NCBI GenBank assembly: GCA_965223505.1
Contig: CBDCWP010000014.1
Location: forward strand, 1 to 48,227
Length of the DNA: 48,227 nt
DNA from: Planctomycetota bacterium
GTDB lineage: Bacteria; Planctomycetota; PLA2; JAEUHO01
Reading direction: 5' to 3'
Positions 20,668 to 31,847 of the stretch are shown here, one piece after another. The notes below the pieces were generated by a model. It ran no database searches and was not told the DNA's origin. It was given only the letters and a program-made list of their open reading frames with translations. Both the position numbers and the translations under genes were made by a program. The stretch's first letter is position 1, and the number at the start of each line of letters is the position of its first letter.

Positions 20668-23092
20668 CTAGCCCGACGGACGCAGGTGCACGGTCTTCTC
20701 GACGTCGATCTCCTTCGGATCCAGATCGACCTGCTCCTCGTGCGTCTCGTACCCATCCGCGCTGATACGCAGGATGCGCTTGCCCGACGGCGCCGGCATC
20801 AGATACTCGCCGCCCTCCCTCGAACCGGGCCATGTCGACGCCGTCGAGCCTGAGCACCTCGATCTTGCATCGCTCGATCGGCTTGTCCGTCCCCAGCTCC
20901 TTCAGCAAGACCGTGAGATGGATGTCGACCGTGTCGGGGCTGATGCGCTTCAGCGCGACCTCCTGCTCGAACACGCCGTCGACCGGCTTCACCTCGACAT
21001 CCACCTCGATCGTCTCGTGATCGAGTCCCTCGACCACGAGCGTGTAGCGCCCGGCCTCCGCGATGCCGCCGTAGCGTTGCTTCTCCCGGTCGTAAGCCAG
21101 ATACGGAGCGCGCCGCTCTTCGCCCTCAGGAGGCTTCGCGCTGCAGCGGCAACGCTTCACCGGTTCGCCCGTCGCCGCGTCCTGCACCGTCAGACGCCAG
21201 TCCACGTAGCGAACGGGCAGCTGCAGCCGCACCTCTTCCGTCGTCAGGCCCTCATCGAACTGCTTCCGCGTCGAGCCGTAATAGGGAATCTTGCCGGCCT
21301 GCACCTCGACGGATGTCGTCCGCAAGTCCTCGGCGAGCTTCTCGAAGACGAATCGACCGTCGTCGTCCGAACGCGTCGAACGCAGCGTCATCTTGCGCTT
21401 GTTCGAGTTGAGGTACACGTACGCCTGCGGGACGATCTCACCCTCGGGGCCCACCACCACGCCTCGAAGCGTAACCGTTCCTTGTTCCTTGTAGTCGAGC
21501 GCGAAGTCGAGCTCCGTACGGCCCTGCGGCTTGACGACGACCGTCTTCGGCGGCGCTTCGTAGCTCCATAAGCTGACGCTGATCGTCTGCTCGCCCGCAG
21601 GGAGGCCCTGCAGCTCGTACGTGCCGTCCTTGCTGGTGCGGATCTGGTTGTAGCCGGCGATCACGTTGACGTTTCGCGCGGGGTTGCCCTGCGGGTCGAG
21701 GACCTTGCCGTACACCGTTCCCATCTCGCCGAACGAGAACGGCAACGTCACCTGCACCTGCGCCGTCGCGTTGTCCTTCAACAACACACGCACCGAGGTC
21801 GTCGCATCCAGGCCGCCGGGTCCGTTGAGACGGTTGTTGATGTTGCCCGCCACCGCGGCCCCGCCCGACGGCAACGCCTCGGCCTCGAGCGTCCCGTTCG
21901 CCGTCGTCTTGCCGACCTTGCGGATGTCGCCGAACGAAACCCCCTTCACGCCGACGAGGTCCGGCGGCGTCAGGTACACGTCGGCGTTCGGAATCGGGTT
22001 GCCGTCCTGATCGAGCACGGTCACCAGCAGGGTCGCCTTGCCCGCCGCGGGCGGCGCCAGCCCGAACCGCGTCCAGTGACCCGTCGGGCCGCCGAAGCCG
22101 CCACCGCCCATGCGGCGTCCGGGCCTGCGCTTCGGCAGTCCGAACGGGCTGCGCCGCTGCGCCGGCTCGACCGTGTCCCAGTCGACGTCCTCGTCGCCCT
22201 TCACCGTCGTCGCGGTGTCGTCCTCGCCGCCGGTCGTCTCGGCGGCGCCCCCTCCACTCGCGTGCGCCGCCGTCTCGTCGTCGACGGCCGGACGCGTGAG
22301 CGGATCCCTCAGCGATCCGGCGCCGCCCGGCTCGAGCCCGGCGGCGTCCCCGGTGCCCTCGTCCGCCACGCTCAGGTCCTTCGCGTCGCCGCTCCCGGTG
22401 CCGCTGTCGAACAGCGACGGGCCGAACCACACGATGCCTCCGATGAACAGCGCGGCGACGGAAACGACCGCCAACGACTTCGCAGTGACCTGATTCATGA
22501 CGTTTGCTCCCAGGGTGGTCAGGGAGGATCCATCGACCAGCGGGCGCCACGCCGCCAGCGGCATGAGCGCGGTCAGCCACGCCTTGCGGCTCCCGCCGTG
22601 CGCGTCGTCGAGCCGGCGCCTGAGCACCTGCAACCCGCGCTGCAGCTGGCTCTTGACCGTGGCCACGGGCCGCTTCGTGCGCTTCGCGATCTCGCGCGGC
22701 GGCCGCGCCTCGAAGTAGCGCATCCAGATGACCGATCGGTAGGGCTCGTCCAGCGTGCGTACGGCCCGCAAGACGGTCTGCTGCTCGTCGATGCGCGCAA
22801 GCACGTCCAACGTGGACGGCGTCGCTTCCTTCTTCGCCCCGGACTGCTCGCGCGCCTCGCGGCGCGACTCGGCGCGGTGCCAGCTGCGCGCGACGTTGCG
22901 GATCGCGCCCGACAGGCACGCCTTCACGCCGCGCCGCGGCCGCACCGCGCCCTCGAGCGAGCGCAGCGCGGCCTCCTGCACGACGTCCTCGGCGCTGTCG
23001 AAGTCGCGCACGAGGCTGCGCGCCAGCCGTCGAAGCTGGCGGGCCTGGAGCGCAATCGCTTCGGCGTCGGTCTGGGACGGATCGATCGACAA
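20668..23092 (-). CDS. ECF sigma-70 factor fused via a TM helix to an extracytoplasmic carboxypeptidase-regulatory-like repeat region (frameshift near 20815)
   Basis: Sigma2 (LRRLARSLV...AEDVVQEA) and sigma4 (LDEPYRSVIWMRYFE...EIA...ATVKSQLQRG), TM (LAVVSVAALFIGGIVWF), beta-sandwich repeats. The C-terminus continues in another frame (GEYLMPAPSGKRILRISADGYE...LRPSG*, stop 20668). TTG 23092 with GGAGG upstream. Confidence 0.8.
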
Positions 23093-23147
23093 TGGACCTC
23101 CACCCTTGGGTTCCCGCAGCGGGCCGTTCGGATGCACCCAAATCCTA

Positions 23148-23368
23148 GGTCATGGGTCACTCTGACGAAGGGGCAGACCGGCGGCGGCAGTGAGGCGTCT
23201 CAAAGGACTGCTCGGTCGTGAGCGGCTTGCTGGGGCGAAGGCGCCGAGAAGCCGGCGAGGACGCCGCGTGGTCGTCCACGCAAGGACGAGAGTGGAGCGG
23301 TCGGCGAAGCGCCGTCGAGCATCCGGCAAGCCGCATGCTCGCGCGGATCTTCAAACTGACCCACTGCC
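23148..23368. mobile_element. 221-bp non-autonomous MITE with imperfect 18-bp TIRs and 8-bp target-site duplication
   Basis: Left end GGTCATGGGTCACTCTGA (23148-23165); right end reverse complement GGCAGTGGGTCAGTTTGA (23351-23368); 13/18 match. AAATCCTA at both 23140-23147 and 23369-23376. No transposase inside. Confidence 0.75.
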
Positions 23369-23431
23369 AAATCCTACGAGGTCGGGCGCGAGGGGGGCGG
23401 ATGACCCGGAGCGCGATAGACTGCGCCGCCT

Positions 23432-26400
23432 ATGCCCGAAAGCCCGACCGGACAGCCGTATCCCGAGGTCCCCGCGAAGCCCAGCTTCCCGGACATCGAG
23501 CGCGGTGTGCTCGGGTACTGGGCCGAGAACGACGTCTTCCGGCGCTCCGTCGACCAGCGCGAGGCGGGCGAGAACGGCGCGAACGAGTTCGTCTTCTACG
23601 ACGGACCGCCCTTCGCCAACGGCCTGCCCCACTACGGCCACCTGCTGACCAGCTACGCCAAGGACGTCGTCCCGCGCTACCAGACGATGAAGGGCCGCCG
23701 CGTCGAGCGCCGGTTCGGGTGGGACACCCACGGCCTGCCCGCCGAGATGGAGGCCGAGAAGGAGCTCGATGTCTCCGGCCGGCAGCAGATCAAGGCGTTC
23801 GGCATCGACAAGTTCAACGACCACTGCCGCTCGTCGGTCCTGAAGTACACGAACGAGTGGGAGCGTTACGTCACGCGCATGGCCCGCTGGGTCGACTTCC
23901 AGAACGACTACAAGACGATGGACCTCTCCTACATGGAGAGCGTCATGTGGGCCTTCAAGCAGCTCTGGGACAAGGGGCTGATCTACGAGGGCTTGCGCGT
24001 CATGCCGTACTCGTGGGCGTGCGAGACACCGCTCTCCAACTTCGAGATCCGGCTCGACGACGCCACGCGCCCGAAGCAGGATCCGGCCGTCACGGTGATG
24101 CTGTCGCTCACGCCCGAGGACGGCGATCCGGGGCCGATGAAGCTGCTCATCTGGACCACGACGCCGTGGACGCTTCCGTCCAACCTCGCCGTCGCCGTGG
24201 GGCCGGACATCGACTACGCCCTCATGCAGGAAGACGGCACGGTCTACGTCATCGGTGACGCGACGACCGGCAAGTACGAGGCGCAGCTGAAGAACGCGAC
24301 CAAGATCGGCACCATCAAAGGCAGCGCGCTCGTCGGACGCACGTATGAGCCGTTGTTCCCGTACTTCGCCGACACCGAGAACGCATTCCAGGTCCTGGGC
24401 GCCGACTTCGTCGACACCGAAGACGGCACGGGCGTCGTGCACATGGCGCCCGGCTTCGGTGAAGAGGATCAGAAGGTCTGCGAGGCCCACGGCATCCCGC
24501 TCGTCGTGCCGGTCGACGAGAGCGGACGCTTCACCGCCGACGTCTCGGACTACGAGGGACAGAACGTCTTCGACGCCAACAAGCCGATCATCAAGCGGCT
24601 CAAGGACGAAGGCGTGCTCATCAAGCACGAGACGTACGAGCACAACTACCCGCACTGTTGGCGAACCGACACGCCGATCATCTACAAGGCGCTCAGCTCC
24701 TGGTACGTGCGCGTCACCGACTTCCGCGACCGCATGGTCGAGCTGAACCAGGAGATCAACTGGATCCCCGAGCACATCCGCGACGGGCAGTTCGGCAAGT
24801 GGCTCGAAGGCGCGCGCGACTGGTCCATCAGTCGCAACCGCTTCTGGGGTACGCCCATCCCGATCTGGAAGAGCGACGATCCCGCCTACCCGCGCCTCGA
24901 CTGCTACGGCAGCCTCGAGGAGCTCGAGAGGGACTTCGGCGTCAAGCTCGACGACCTGCACCGCCCCGGCATCGATGCGCTCGTACGGCCGAACCCGGAC
25001 GATCCGACGGGCAAGAGCATGATGCGCCGGGTGCCCGAGGTGCTCGACTGCTGGTTCGAGTCGGGGTCCATGCCGTTCGCGCAGATCCACTACCCGTTCG
25101 AGAACCGGGAGTGGTTCGAGCACCACTTCCCGGCCGACTACATCGTGGAGTACGTCGCGCAGACGCGCGGCTGGTTCTACACGTTGATGGTCCTGGCGAC
25201 GGCGTTGTTCGACTGCCCGCCGTTTCGCAACTGCATCTGCCACGGCATCCTCGGCGGCGCCGACGGGCGCAAGCTCAGCAAGCGGCTGAAGAACTACCTC
25301 GATCCGGAGATCGCGTTCGACCGCTACGGTGCCGACGCGCTCCGGTGGATGCTCATGTCGTCTCCGCTGCTGCGCGGTCTCGATCTGAAGATCGAGGAGG
25401 ACGGCCGCGACATCGCCGAGGTCATCCGTCTCGTCATCAACCCCATCTGGAACGCGTACTACTTCTTCGCGCTGTACGCCAACGCCGACGGGATCGTGGC
25501 CGAGGTGCGCACCGACTCCGACGACGTGCTCGACCGCTACGTCCTGGCCAAGACCCGGGAGCTGGTCGAGAACGTCACCGAGCGGATGGACGACTACGAC
25601 TTGTCCGGCGCCAGCGCCCACGTCACCGCGTTCATCGACGCGTTGAACAACTGGTACATCCGCCGCAGCCGCGGTCGTTTCTGGGGCGCCGAGGACACCG
25701 CCGACAAGCGCAACGCCTACGACACGTTGCTCACGGTGCTGACCGTGCTCTGCCGGAGCACCGCGCCGTTGCTTCCGCTGATCTCCGAGGAGATCTACCG
25801 GGGGCTCACCGGTGACGACAGCGTGCACCTGTCCGATTGGCCGAGCCCCGACGAGCTGCCCGCCGACCCCGAGCTCGTGCGCGACATGGACCGCGTGCGC
25901 GAAGTCTGCTCCGTCGGTCACGCGATCCGGGAGGACAACGGCCGGCGCGCGCGACAGCCGCTCGCGATGCTCACGATCGTCGGTACATGGGCGGAGAACC
26001 TCGCGCCGTTCGAAGACCTGCTGCGCGCGGAGCTCAACGTCAAGGCCGTGACCTTCGAGCCGTCTCTCGAAGGTCACGGGGAGTTCGTGTTGCGCCCGAA
26101 CGGGCGCGCGCTCGGCCCGCGTCTCGGCAAGGCGATGAAGACGGTGATGGCCGCCGCGCGCGACGGCGAGTGGACCCGGAGCGACGACGGGACGATCACC
26201 GTCGCCGGCGAGACGCTCGCGCCCGACGAGTACGACCTGAAGCTCGCTCCGCACGAGAGCGAGGGCGCGCAGGCGGTCGCCACGAACGACGCGATCGTGT
26301 TGCTCGATCTCGCGCTGACGCCGGAGCTCGAGCGCGAGGGCCTCGCCCGCGACGTCGTGCGCCTCATCCAGAAGACGCGCAAGGACTTCGACTTCCAGGT

Positions 26401-26599
26401 CACCGACCGCATCGAGCTCACGTTGACGGGCAACGAGGACGTGGTCGAAGCGGTGAGGGCGCACGAGGCGTACGTCCGTGACCAGGTTCTAGCGGTCGAC
26501 GTGCAGTACGCCGCGCGCGACGCCGGTGAGGACCACAAGATGGCCGGCCGAGTGGACGGCAAACAGGTCGCCGTCGGCATCCGCGTCAGCGGCGGCTGA
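23432..26599 (+). CDS. ileS: Isoleucine-tRNA ligase, type 2 (IleRS2)
   Basis: [63 protein letters not shown]-terminal [11 protein letters not shown] domain and no C-terminal zinc finger. Confidence 0.97.
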   Translation: MPESPTGQPYPEVPAKPSFPDIERGVLGYWAENDVFRRSVDQREAGENGANEFVFYDGPPFANGLPHYGHLLTSYAKDVVPRYQTMKGRRVERRFGWDTHGLPAEMEAEKELDVSGRQQIKAFGIDKFNDHCRSSVLKYTNEWERYVTRMARWVDFQNDYKTMDLSYMESVMWAFKQLWDKGLIYEGLRVMPYSWACETPLSNFEIRLDDATRPKQDPAVTVMLSLTPEDGDPGPMKLLIWTTTPWTLPSNLAVAVGPDIDYALMQEDGTVYVIGDATTGKYEAQLKNATKIGTIKGSALVGRTYEPLFPYFADTENAFQVLGADFVDTEDGTGVVHMAPGFGEEDQKVCEAHGIPLVVPVDESGRFTADVSDYEGQNVFDANKPIIKRLKDEGVLIKHETYEHNYPHCWRTDTPIIYKALSSWYVRVTDFRDRMVELNQEINWIPEHIRDGQFGKWLEGARDWSISRNRFWGTPIPIWKSDDPAYPRLDCYGSLEELERDFGVKLDDLHRPGIDALVRPNPDDPTGKSMMRRVPEVLDCWFESGSMPFAQIHYPFENREWFEHHFPADYIVEYVAQTRGWFYTLMVLATALFDCPPFRNCICHGILGGADGRKLSKRLKNYLDPEIAFDRYGADALRWMLMSSPLLRGLDLKIEEDGRDIAEVIRLVINPIWNAYYFFALYANADGIVAEVRTDSDDVLDRYVLAKTRELVENVTERMDDYDLSGASAHVTAFIDALNNWYIRRSRGRFWGAEDTADKRNAYDTLLTVLTVLCRSTAPLLPLISEEIYRGLTGDDSVHLSDWPSPDELPADPELVRDMDRVREVCSVGHAIREDNGRRARQPLAMLTIVGTWAENLAPFEDLLRAELNVKAVTFEPSLEGHGEFVLRPNGRALGPRLGKAMKTVMAAARDGEWTRSDDGTITVAGETLAPDEYDLKLAPHESEGAQAVATNDAIVLLDLALTPELEREGLARDVVRLIQKTRKDFDFQVTDRIELTLTGNEDVVEAVRAHEAYVRDQVLAVDVQYAARDAGEDHKMAGRVDGKQVAVGIRVSGG

Positions 26600-26619
26600 G
26601 CACCCGAGAGGGGATTTCC

Positions 26620-28569
26620 ATGTCGAACGACACCATCGACACGCTCCTGCACGAGGGGCGCCGATTCCCTCCGTCCGACGCGTTCCGCGCCCAGGCCAAC
26701 GTCAACGACCCGTCGATCTACGAAGAGGCGCAGGACACCGAGACGTTCTGGGCCAAGCAGGCCGAGAGCTTCTCGTGGTTCCGCAAGTGGGACACCGTGC
26801 TCGAGTGGGACGCGCCGTTCGCGAAGTGGTTCGTCGGCGGCAAGCTCAACATCACCGTCAACTGCCTCGATCGCCACATCGACGCCGGTAGGGGCGAAAA
26901 GGTCGCGTTCCACTGGGAGGGCGAACCCGGCGACAAGCGGGTCCTCACGTACGCCGATCTCCTTGGCGAGGTCTGCAAGTTCGCCAACGTCCTGAAGTCG
27001 CTCGGCGTCGAGAAGGGCGACCGGGTCACGCTCTACATGGGCATGATCCCGGAGCTCACCATCGCCATGCTGGCGTGCGCGCGCATCGGCGCGCCGCATT
27101 CGATCGTCTTCGGCGGGTTCAGCCCGGACTCCCTGCGCGAGCGCATCAACGACTCGTCGTCGAAAGTCGTCGTCACCGCCGACGGCGGCTGGCGCCGCGG
27201 CGGCGTCGTGCCGCTCAAGGTGAACACGGACGCGGCCGTCGAAGACGCGCCGACCGTGGAGCACGTCGTCGTCGTGCGCCGCACGGGCGACGAGAGCCCC
27301 GTCTCGATGCGCGAGGGCCGCGATCACTGGTGGCACGAGCTCATGAACGGCGCCGACGAGACCTGCGAGCCGGAGGTGATGGACGCGGAAGACCTGCTGT
27401 TCATCCTGTATACGAGCGGAACCACCGGTCATCCCAAGGGCATCGCGCACACGACGGCCGGGTACATGATCGGCGCGGCGATGACGCATCGCTGGGTCTT
27501 CGACATCAAGGACAGCGACGTCTACTGGTGCACCGCGGACATCGGTTGGGTCACCGGGCACAGCTACATCGTCTACGGCCCGCTCGCCAACGGATGCACC
27601 GGCCTCATGTACGAAGGGGCGCCCGACTGGCCCGACAAAGCGCGTTTCTGGGATCTCGTCGAGCGCTACGCCGTCACGATCTTCTATACGGCGCCGACGG
27701 CCATCCGCGCCTTCATGCGCTGGGGCGACGAATACCCGGACGGCAAGGACCTGTCGTCGCTACGGCTGCTCGGTACGGTCGGCGAGCCCATCAATCCCGA
27801 GGCGTGGATGTGGTACCACCGGCACATCGGCGGCGAGCGGTGTCCCATCGTCGACACCTGGTGGCAGACCGAAACCGGCTCGATCATGATCAGTCCGCTG
27901 CCGGGCATCACGACGACCAAGCCGGGCTCGGCGACCTTCGCGTTGCCGGGCATCGAGGCGGACGTGGTCGACGACGACGGCAACAGCGTGCCGCCGGGCG
28001 GTGGCGGCTACATCGTGCTTCGCAAGCCGTGGCCTTCGATGCTGCGGACGATCTACGGCAACGACGAACGCTACAAGGACGTCTACTGGTCCAAGTTCGA
28101 GGGCCTGTACTTTGCGGGCGACGGCTGCAAGAAGGACGACGAAGGCTACCTTTGGCTGCTCGGCCGCGTCGACGACATCATGCTCGTCTCCGGGCACAAT
28201 ATCAGCACGATGGAGGTCGAGTCCGCGCTGGTCGATCACGCGGATGTCGCAGAGGCGGCGGTCGTCGGCCGCACACACGAGGTGAAGGGGCAGGCGATCG
28301 CCGCGTTCGTCACGCTGCGCAAAGGCGTCGAGGGCGACCGCGCCAAGCACGACGAAATTCGCGAGCACGCAGCGTCCAAGATCGGGGCGCTCGGCCGTCC
28401 CGAGGAGCTCTACTTCACCGCGGAGCTTCCCAAGACCCGGAGCGGGAAGATCATGCGCCGGCTCTTGCGCGACATCGCGGAGGGACGCGCACTCGGAGAC
28501 ACCACGACCCTCGCCGATCCGAGTGTCGTCGCGGCGCTACGGGACAAGTACGAACAGGAAGAGGGATAG
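26620..28569 (+). CDS. acs: Acetyl-coenzyme A synthetase
   Basis: [69 protein letters not shown]. Confidence 0.96.
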   Translation: MSNDTIDTLLHEGRRFPPSDAFRAQANVNDPSIYEEAQDTETFWAKQAESFSWFRKWDTVLEWDAPFAKWFVGGKLNITVNCLDRHIDAGRGEKVAFHWEGEPGDKRVLTYADLLGEVCKFANVLKSLGVEKGDRVTLYMGMIPELTIAMLACARIGAPHSIVFGGFSPDSLRERINDSSSKVVVTADGGWRRGGVVPLKVNTDAAVEDAPTVEHVVVVRRTGDESPVSMREGRDHWWHELMNGADETCEPEVMDAEDLLFILYTSGTTGHPKGIAHTTAGYMIGAAMTHRWVFDIKDSDVYWCTADIGWVTGHSYIVYGPLANGCTGLMYEGAPDWPDKARFWDLVERYAVTIFYTAPTAIRAFMRWGDEYPDGKDLSSLRLLGTVGEPINPEAWMWYHRHIGGERCPIVDTWWQTETGSIMISPLPGITTTKPGSATFALPGIEADVVDDDGNSVPPGGGGYIVLRKPWPSMLRTIYGNDERYKDVYWSKFEGLYFAGDGCKKDDEGYLWLLGRVDDIMLVSGHNISTMEVESALVDHADVAEAAVVGRTHEVKGQAIAAFVTLRKGVEGDRAKHDEIREHAASKIGALGRPEELYFTAELPKTRSGKIMRRLLRDIAEGRALGDTTTLADPSVVAALRDKYEQEEG

Positions 28570-28575
28570 CCGGCG

Positions 28576-29031
28576 CTCGCGGAGGACGACGTCGTGAACC
28601 AGGAGGTCGCGACACGCGTGCTCGAGCGCATGGGGTTGCGCGCCGACGTGGCGTCGGACGGTCTCGAGGTCATCGAGGCGCTGAACCGGCAGAGCGACGA
28701 CGTCGTCCTGATGGACGTGCAGATGCCTGAGATGGACGGGCTCGAGGCCGCACGGCGCATCGACGAGATGCTGCCCCGGGCGTCCCAGCCGTACGCCATC
28801 GCGATGACGGCCAACGCCATGCCGGGCGATCGCGAGCGGTCCCTGGAGGCGGGCACGCAGGACGACGTCGCCAAGCCCGTGCAGCAGGACCGCCTGGCCG
28901 ACGCGCTGCGCAAGGCCGCCCGGGCCCGCGCCGGCGGTCACGAGGTTCTCGAACGGACCGCGGAACCCGAACGCCGACCCCGACCCTCTGCACCGGGCTG
29001 GGGAGCCGTCCGCAGAGCGCGTATCGTGTGA
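28576..29031 (+). pseudogene. Truncated receiver (REC) domain of hybrid-histidine-kinase type
   Basis: LAEDDVVNQEVA...VLMDVQMPEMDGLEA...AMTANAMPGDRE...VAKP. The first beta strand is cut off by the acs 3' end and no start codon precedes LAED. Confidence 0.6.
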
Positions 29032-29063
29032 TCCCCGCCAAGCGGCGGGTCGGAGGTCAGGCC

Positions 29064-30059
29064 ATGCGAGTGGCAGTCACGGGCGGCACGGGTTTCATCG
29101 GGAAGCGGTTGGTTCCGCTGCTTCAGGAGAACGGGCACGAGGTCGTCGCGCTCGTGCGCGACGAGGAGCGCGCGGCCGACGCGCTGCCGGGCGCGGACGT
29201 GTTCGAGTACGACCCCTTCGACGTCGAGTCCGTTCGCGCCGGCATCGAAGGCTGCGACGCCGTCGTCAATCTCGCCGGCGACAACGTGTTCGGCAGCGCG
29301 GACGAGAACGTGATGACGCGCCGCTGGAGCAAGAGCAAGAGGGCGAAGATCCGCGACAGCCGCGTCGTCACGACACGCACGCTCGTCGAGGCCATGGAGG
29401 CGCTGGGCAGCGCGTGTCCGAAGACGCTCCTGTCGGGCTCGGCGATCGGCTACTACGGCCCGCGTCCCGCGGACAGGCCCTGCCTCGAGGACGAGTTCGA
29501 TGCGACGAACTTCGCGCCGCGCGACTTCCTCGCCGGCGTCTGTCGCGAGTGGGAAGCGGCGGCCAGGAACGCCAAGGTGCTGGGCGTGCGCGTCGTGCTG
29601 CTGCGCACCGGCGTCGTGCTCGGCCGAGGCGAGGGCGCGCTCAAGACGATGGAGGGGCCGTTCAAGAAGGGCGTCGGCGGCCCGGTCGGCTCCGGCGAGC
29701 AGATGATGTCGTGGATCCACGTCGTCGACTGCGCTCGCATGATGGTGTTTGCGCTCGAGAACGACGCCGTACGCGGCCCCCTCAACGTGACGGCGCCGAA
29801 TCCCGTCTCGAACAAGCAATTCGCGAAAGCGCTCGGCAGCGCGATGGGGAAGCCCGCCGTCCTGCCGATGCCGGGCTTCATGCTGCGGATCGTTCTCGGT
29901 GGCGTGGCGGAGGTCGTGACCCAGGGACAGAACGTGCCGCCGAAGAAGGCGAGCGAGCTGGGCTTCCGGTTCCAATACCCGACGTTGGGGCAGGCGCTCG
30001 GTGCCGAGTACGGCGCCGAATCGACGTCGGACCGGCCGTCGCTCCCCGTCTGGAACTAG
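29064..30059 (+). CDS. TIGR01777-family (YfcH-like) NAD-dependent epimerase/oxidoreductase
   Basis: VTGGTGFIG, VVNLAG, SAIGYYG, FLAGVCREWE, LRTGVVLG, GSGEQMMSWIH, GPLNVTAPNPV. GGAGG RBS upstream of ATG 29064. Confidence 0.9.
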   Translation: MRVAVTGGTGFIGKRLVPLLQENGHEVVALVRDEERAADALPGADVFEYDPFDVESVRAGIEGCDAVVNLAGDNVFGSADENVMTRRWSKSKRAKIRDSRVVTTRTLVEAMEALGSACPKTLLSGSAIGYYGPRPADRPCLEDEFDATNFAPRDFLAGVCREWEAAARNAKVLGVRVVLLRTGVVLGRGEGALKTMEGPFKKGVGGPVGSGEQMMSWIHVVDCARMMVFALENDAVRGPLNVTAPNPVSNKQFAKALGSAMGKPAVLPMPGFMLRIVLGGVAEVVTQGQNVPPKKASELGFRFQYPTLGQALGAEYGAESTSDRPSLPVWN

Positions 30060-30066
30060 CCCGCGC

Positions 30067-30789
30067 CTACCGCGATTCCGGCGGCGTGGGGTTGGCGCGC
30101 AGCATTCCGAGGCCGACGCACGCCAGCACCGCCGAGGCGACGGCATACGGCAGCCAGGGTTCGCCCGGGTCGCGCAGCACGAAGCGCATGTAGCCGTACA
30201 GCACCCAGACGTTGATCGACAGGAAGACGAAGACCTTGCCGCCTGCGCGCCCCGACTCGGGACGCAGCTCGTCGGCGTCCGCTTCGTCGACGAGCCCCTG
30301 ATCGATGCGCGCCTGCATCCGCTCGGAGACGCCGTAGATGCGGTCGTGGTTCTCGGCGATCGAGCGGCGTGCGAACAGGAGCGCGACGACGTTGAGCGGA
30401 ATCCCGCCGAACGCGAGCACGAGATGCACCCAGGAAGGCGTCGAGCCCATGTCGCCGCCGCCCGCCAGGATCACCGCGGCCACGGCGAGCAGCATGGCGC
30501 AGACCAGCAAGGGGAACGTCGGTCCCTTGATCCACTTGGTGCGCAACGGCTTCGTGTCTTCGATGCCGGCGGTGGGACCGCTCTGCTGGATCCACTTCAT
30601 GGTGCCGATGAAGTGCGCCACGAGGATCGAGTGGACGAGGCAGCAGAACACAGCGGCGAACAGCGCCAGCACCTGATACGTGCGCATGTCGACGATTTCA
30701 CTGCCGGCCGACCGCAACGCGCCCAACACGGCGAAGGCCGTGAGCACGATCAGGTTCCAGACCGCCAGTCCGGTGTAGATGCCGCCCAT
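30067..30789 (-). CDS. Integral membrane protein of unknown function (~6 TM)
   Basis: Alternating hydrophobic segments; fills the intergenic space. Confidence 0.75.
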   Translation of the reverse strand: MGGIYTGLAVWNLIVLTAFAVLGALRSAGSEIVDMRTYQVLALFAAVFCCLVHSILVAHFIGTMKWIQQSGPTAGIEDTKPLRTKWIKGPTFPLLVCAMLLAVAAVILAGGGDMGSTPSWVHLVLAFGGIPLNVVALLFARRSIAENHDRIYGVSERMQARIDQGLVDEADADELRPESGRAGGKVFVFLSINVWVLYGYMRFVLRDPGEPWLPYAVASAVLACVGLGMLRANPTPPESR

Positions 30790-30820
30790 CGCGGTGTTGT
30801 ACCCCTGCGGTGGTGGCGTG

Positions 30821-31693
30821 CTACTTCAGGTCGTCGCGCATGCGTTGCGCGCGCTCGGGCGTCACGACCTCGAGCGCCTCCGCGGCCTTGATGAGGTCGA
30901 GCTTCTCGTCCACATTCGGATCGAAGTTTCCCTCGCGGTTGTGGATCCGCTCCCACGTCGCGCGCAGCTCCTCGCGCGGCATCACGCCCGCGCGGAAGAG
31001 CTCCTCGGCGAGATGCAGACGCGTTCGGTACCGCATCGGACTTCGCCGCCGCGGGAGGATGGCGTGTTGCCGCTTCGCCTTGCGCAGCCGCAGGGCGTAC
31101 CAGTAGTCGGTGAAAGGCTGCGCGGTCGCGCTGTGCAGGGGGATCTTCGCTTCCATGAGCGAGAAGCCCTCGCGGTAGCACTCGGCGATGACGCGGTCGG
31201 CCCCGCCCTTGGGGTCGCGGATGATCAAGCGACCGCCGTCGCGGAGTGCCGCGTGGATGCCCGCCAGGAACCCGACGAGCGCGTCGCGTTCGACGAAGTC
31301 GATGACGTTGTTCAAGAACACCACGTCCAGGCCGTTGACCGGCAGTCTCGGGTCGTCCGCGACCGATGTGATGATCTCCACGTTGTCGATGCCATAGGCT
31401 CGCTTGCGCTTGCGCACCTCTTTCAGCACCTCGCGGTCGATGTCGACGGCGTAGACCTTCCCGTGCTCGCCGACGGCGCGCGCCAGCTCGAAGGTCCAGC
31501 GGCCGGTGCCGCAACCGAGGTCGGCGATCACCTCGCCGTTGCGCGGAGCGATGAGTCCGATGACGTCTTCCTTGGGGTCGGGCTTCTGCGGTGGTTTCTC
31601 GTCGGCGCGCGTCGAGCGCGGGACCAGGTGCGCGAGGGCCGGCAACGCAATCAGCGTGAGCATCAAGATCACGCGGCTTCTGGATCGCAGCAT
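30821..31693 (-). CDS. Class I SAM-dependent methyltransferase with N-terminal signal/anchor
   Basis: IADLGCGTG, VYAVDID, LRDGGRLII. AGGAG RBS before ATG 31693; hydrophobic N-terminus. Confidence 0.8.
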   Translation of the reverse strand: MLRSRSRVILMLTLIALPALAHLVPRSTRADEKPPQKPDPKEDVIGLIAPRNGEVIADLGCGTGRWTFELARAVGEHGKVYAVDIDREVLKEVRKRKRAYGIDNVEIITSVADDPRLPVNGLDVVFLNNVIDFVERDALVGFLAGIHAALRDGGRLIIRDPKGGADRVIAECYREGFSLMEAKIPLHSATAQPFTDYWYALRLRKAKRQHAILPRRRSPMRYRTRLHLAEELFRAGVMPREELRATWERIHNREGNFDPNVDEKLDLIKAAEALEVVTPERAQRMRDDLK

Positions 31694-31750
31694 GGGCGGG
31701 TCTCCTGAGAGAATAGCGTAGCCCGGCGTCGCGGGAGATACGATCGGCCC

Positions 31751-31840
31751 ATGGGCATGCTCGCGCGCCGTGTCGTCGTCACGCTGATCCTGGCCGCGCT
31801 CGCGCTCGGCGCGTGGGCCATGGTTCGCTACGTGATCTAG
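31751..31840 (+). CDS. Putative 29-aa single-TM small protein
   Basis: MGMLARRVVVTLILAALALGAWAMVRYVI*. GC3-rich codons; TACGAT hexamer 6 nt upstream of the ATG. Confidence 0.5.
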   Translation: MGMLARRVVVTLILAALALGAWAMVRYVI

Positions 31841-31847
31841 AGCGCCA

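Noticed and set aside
23140..23431. T-box riboswitch upstream of ileS
   Set aside because: No TGGnACC T-box sequence; the region is explained by the MITE.
30821..31693. Methyltransferase as menG/ubiE
   Set aside because: Lacks the UbiE N-terminal signature, has a signal-like peptide and lies 15 kb from the men operon.
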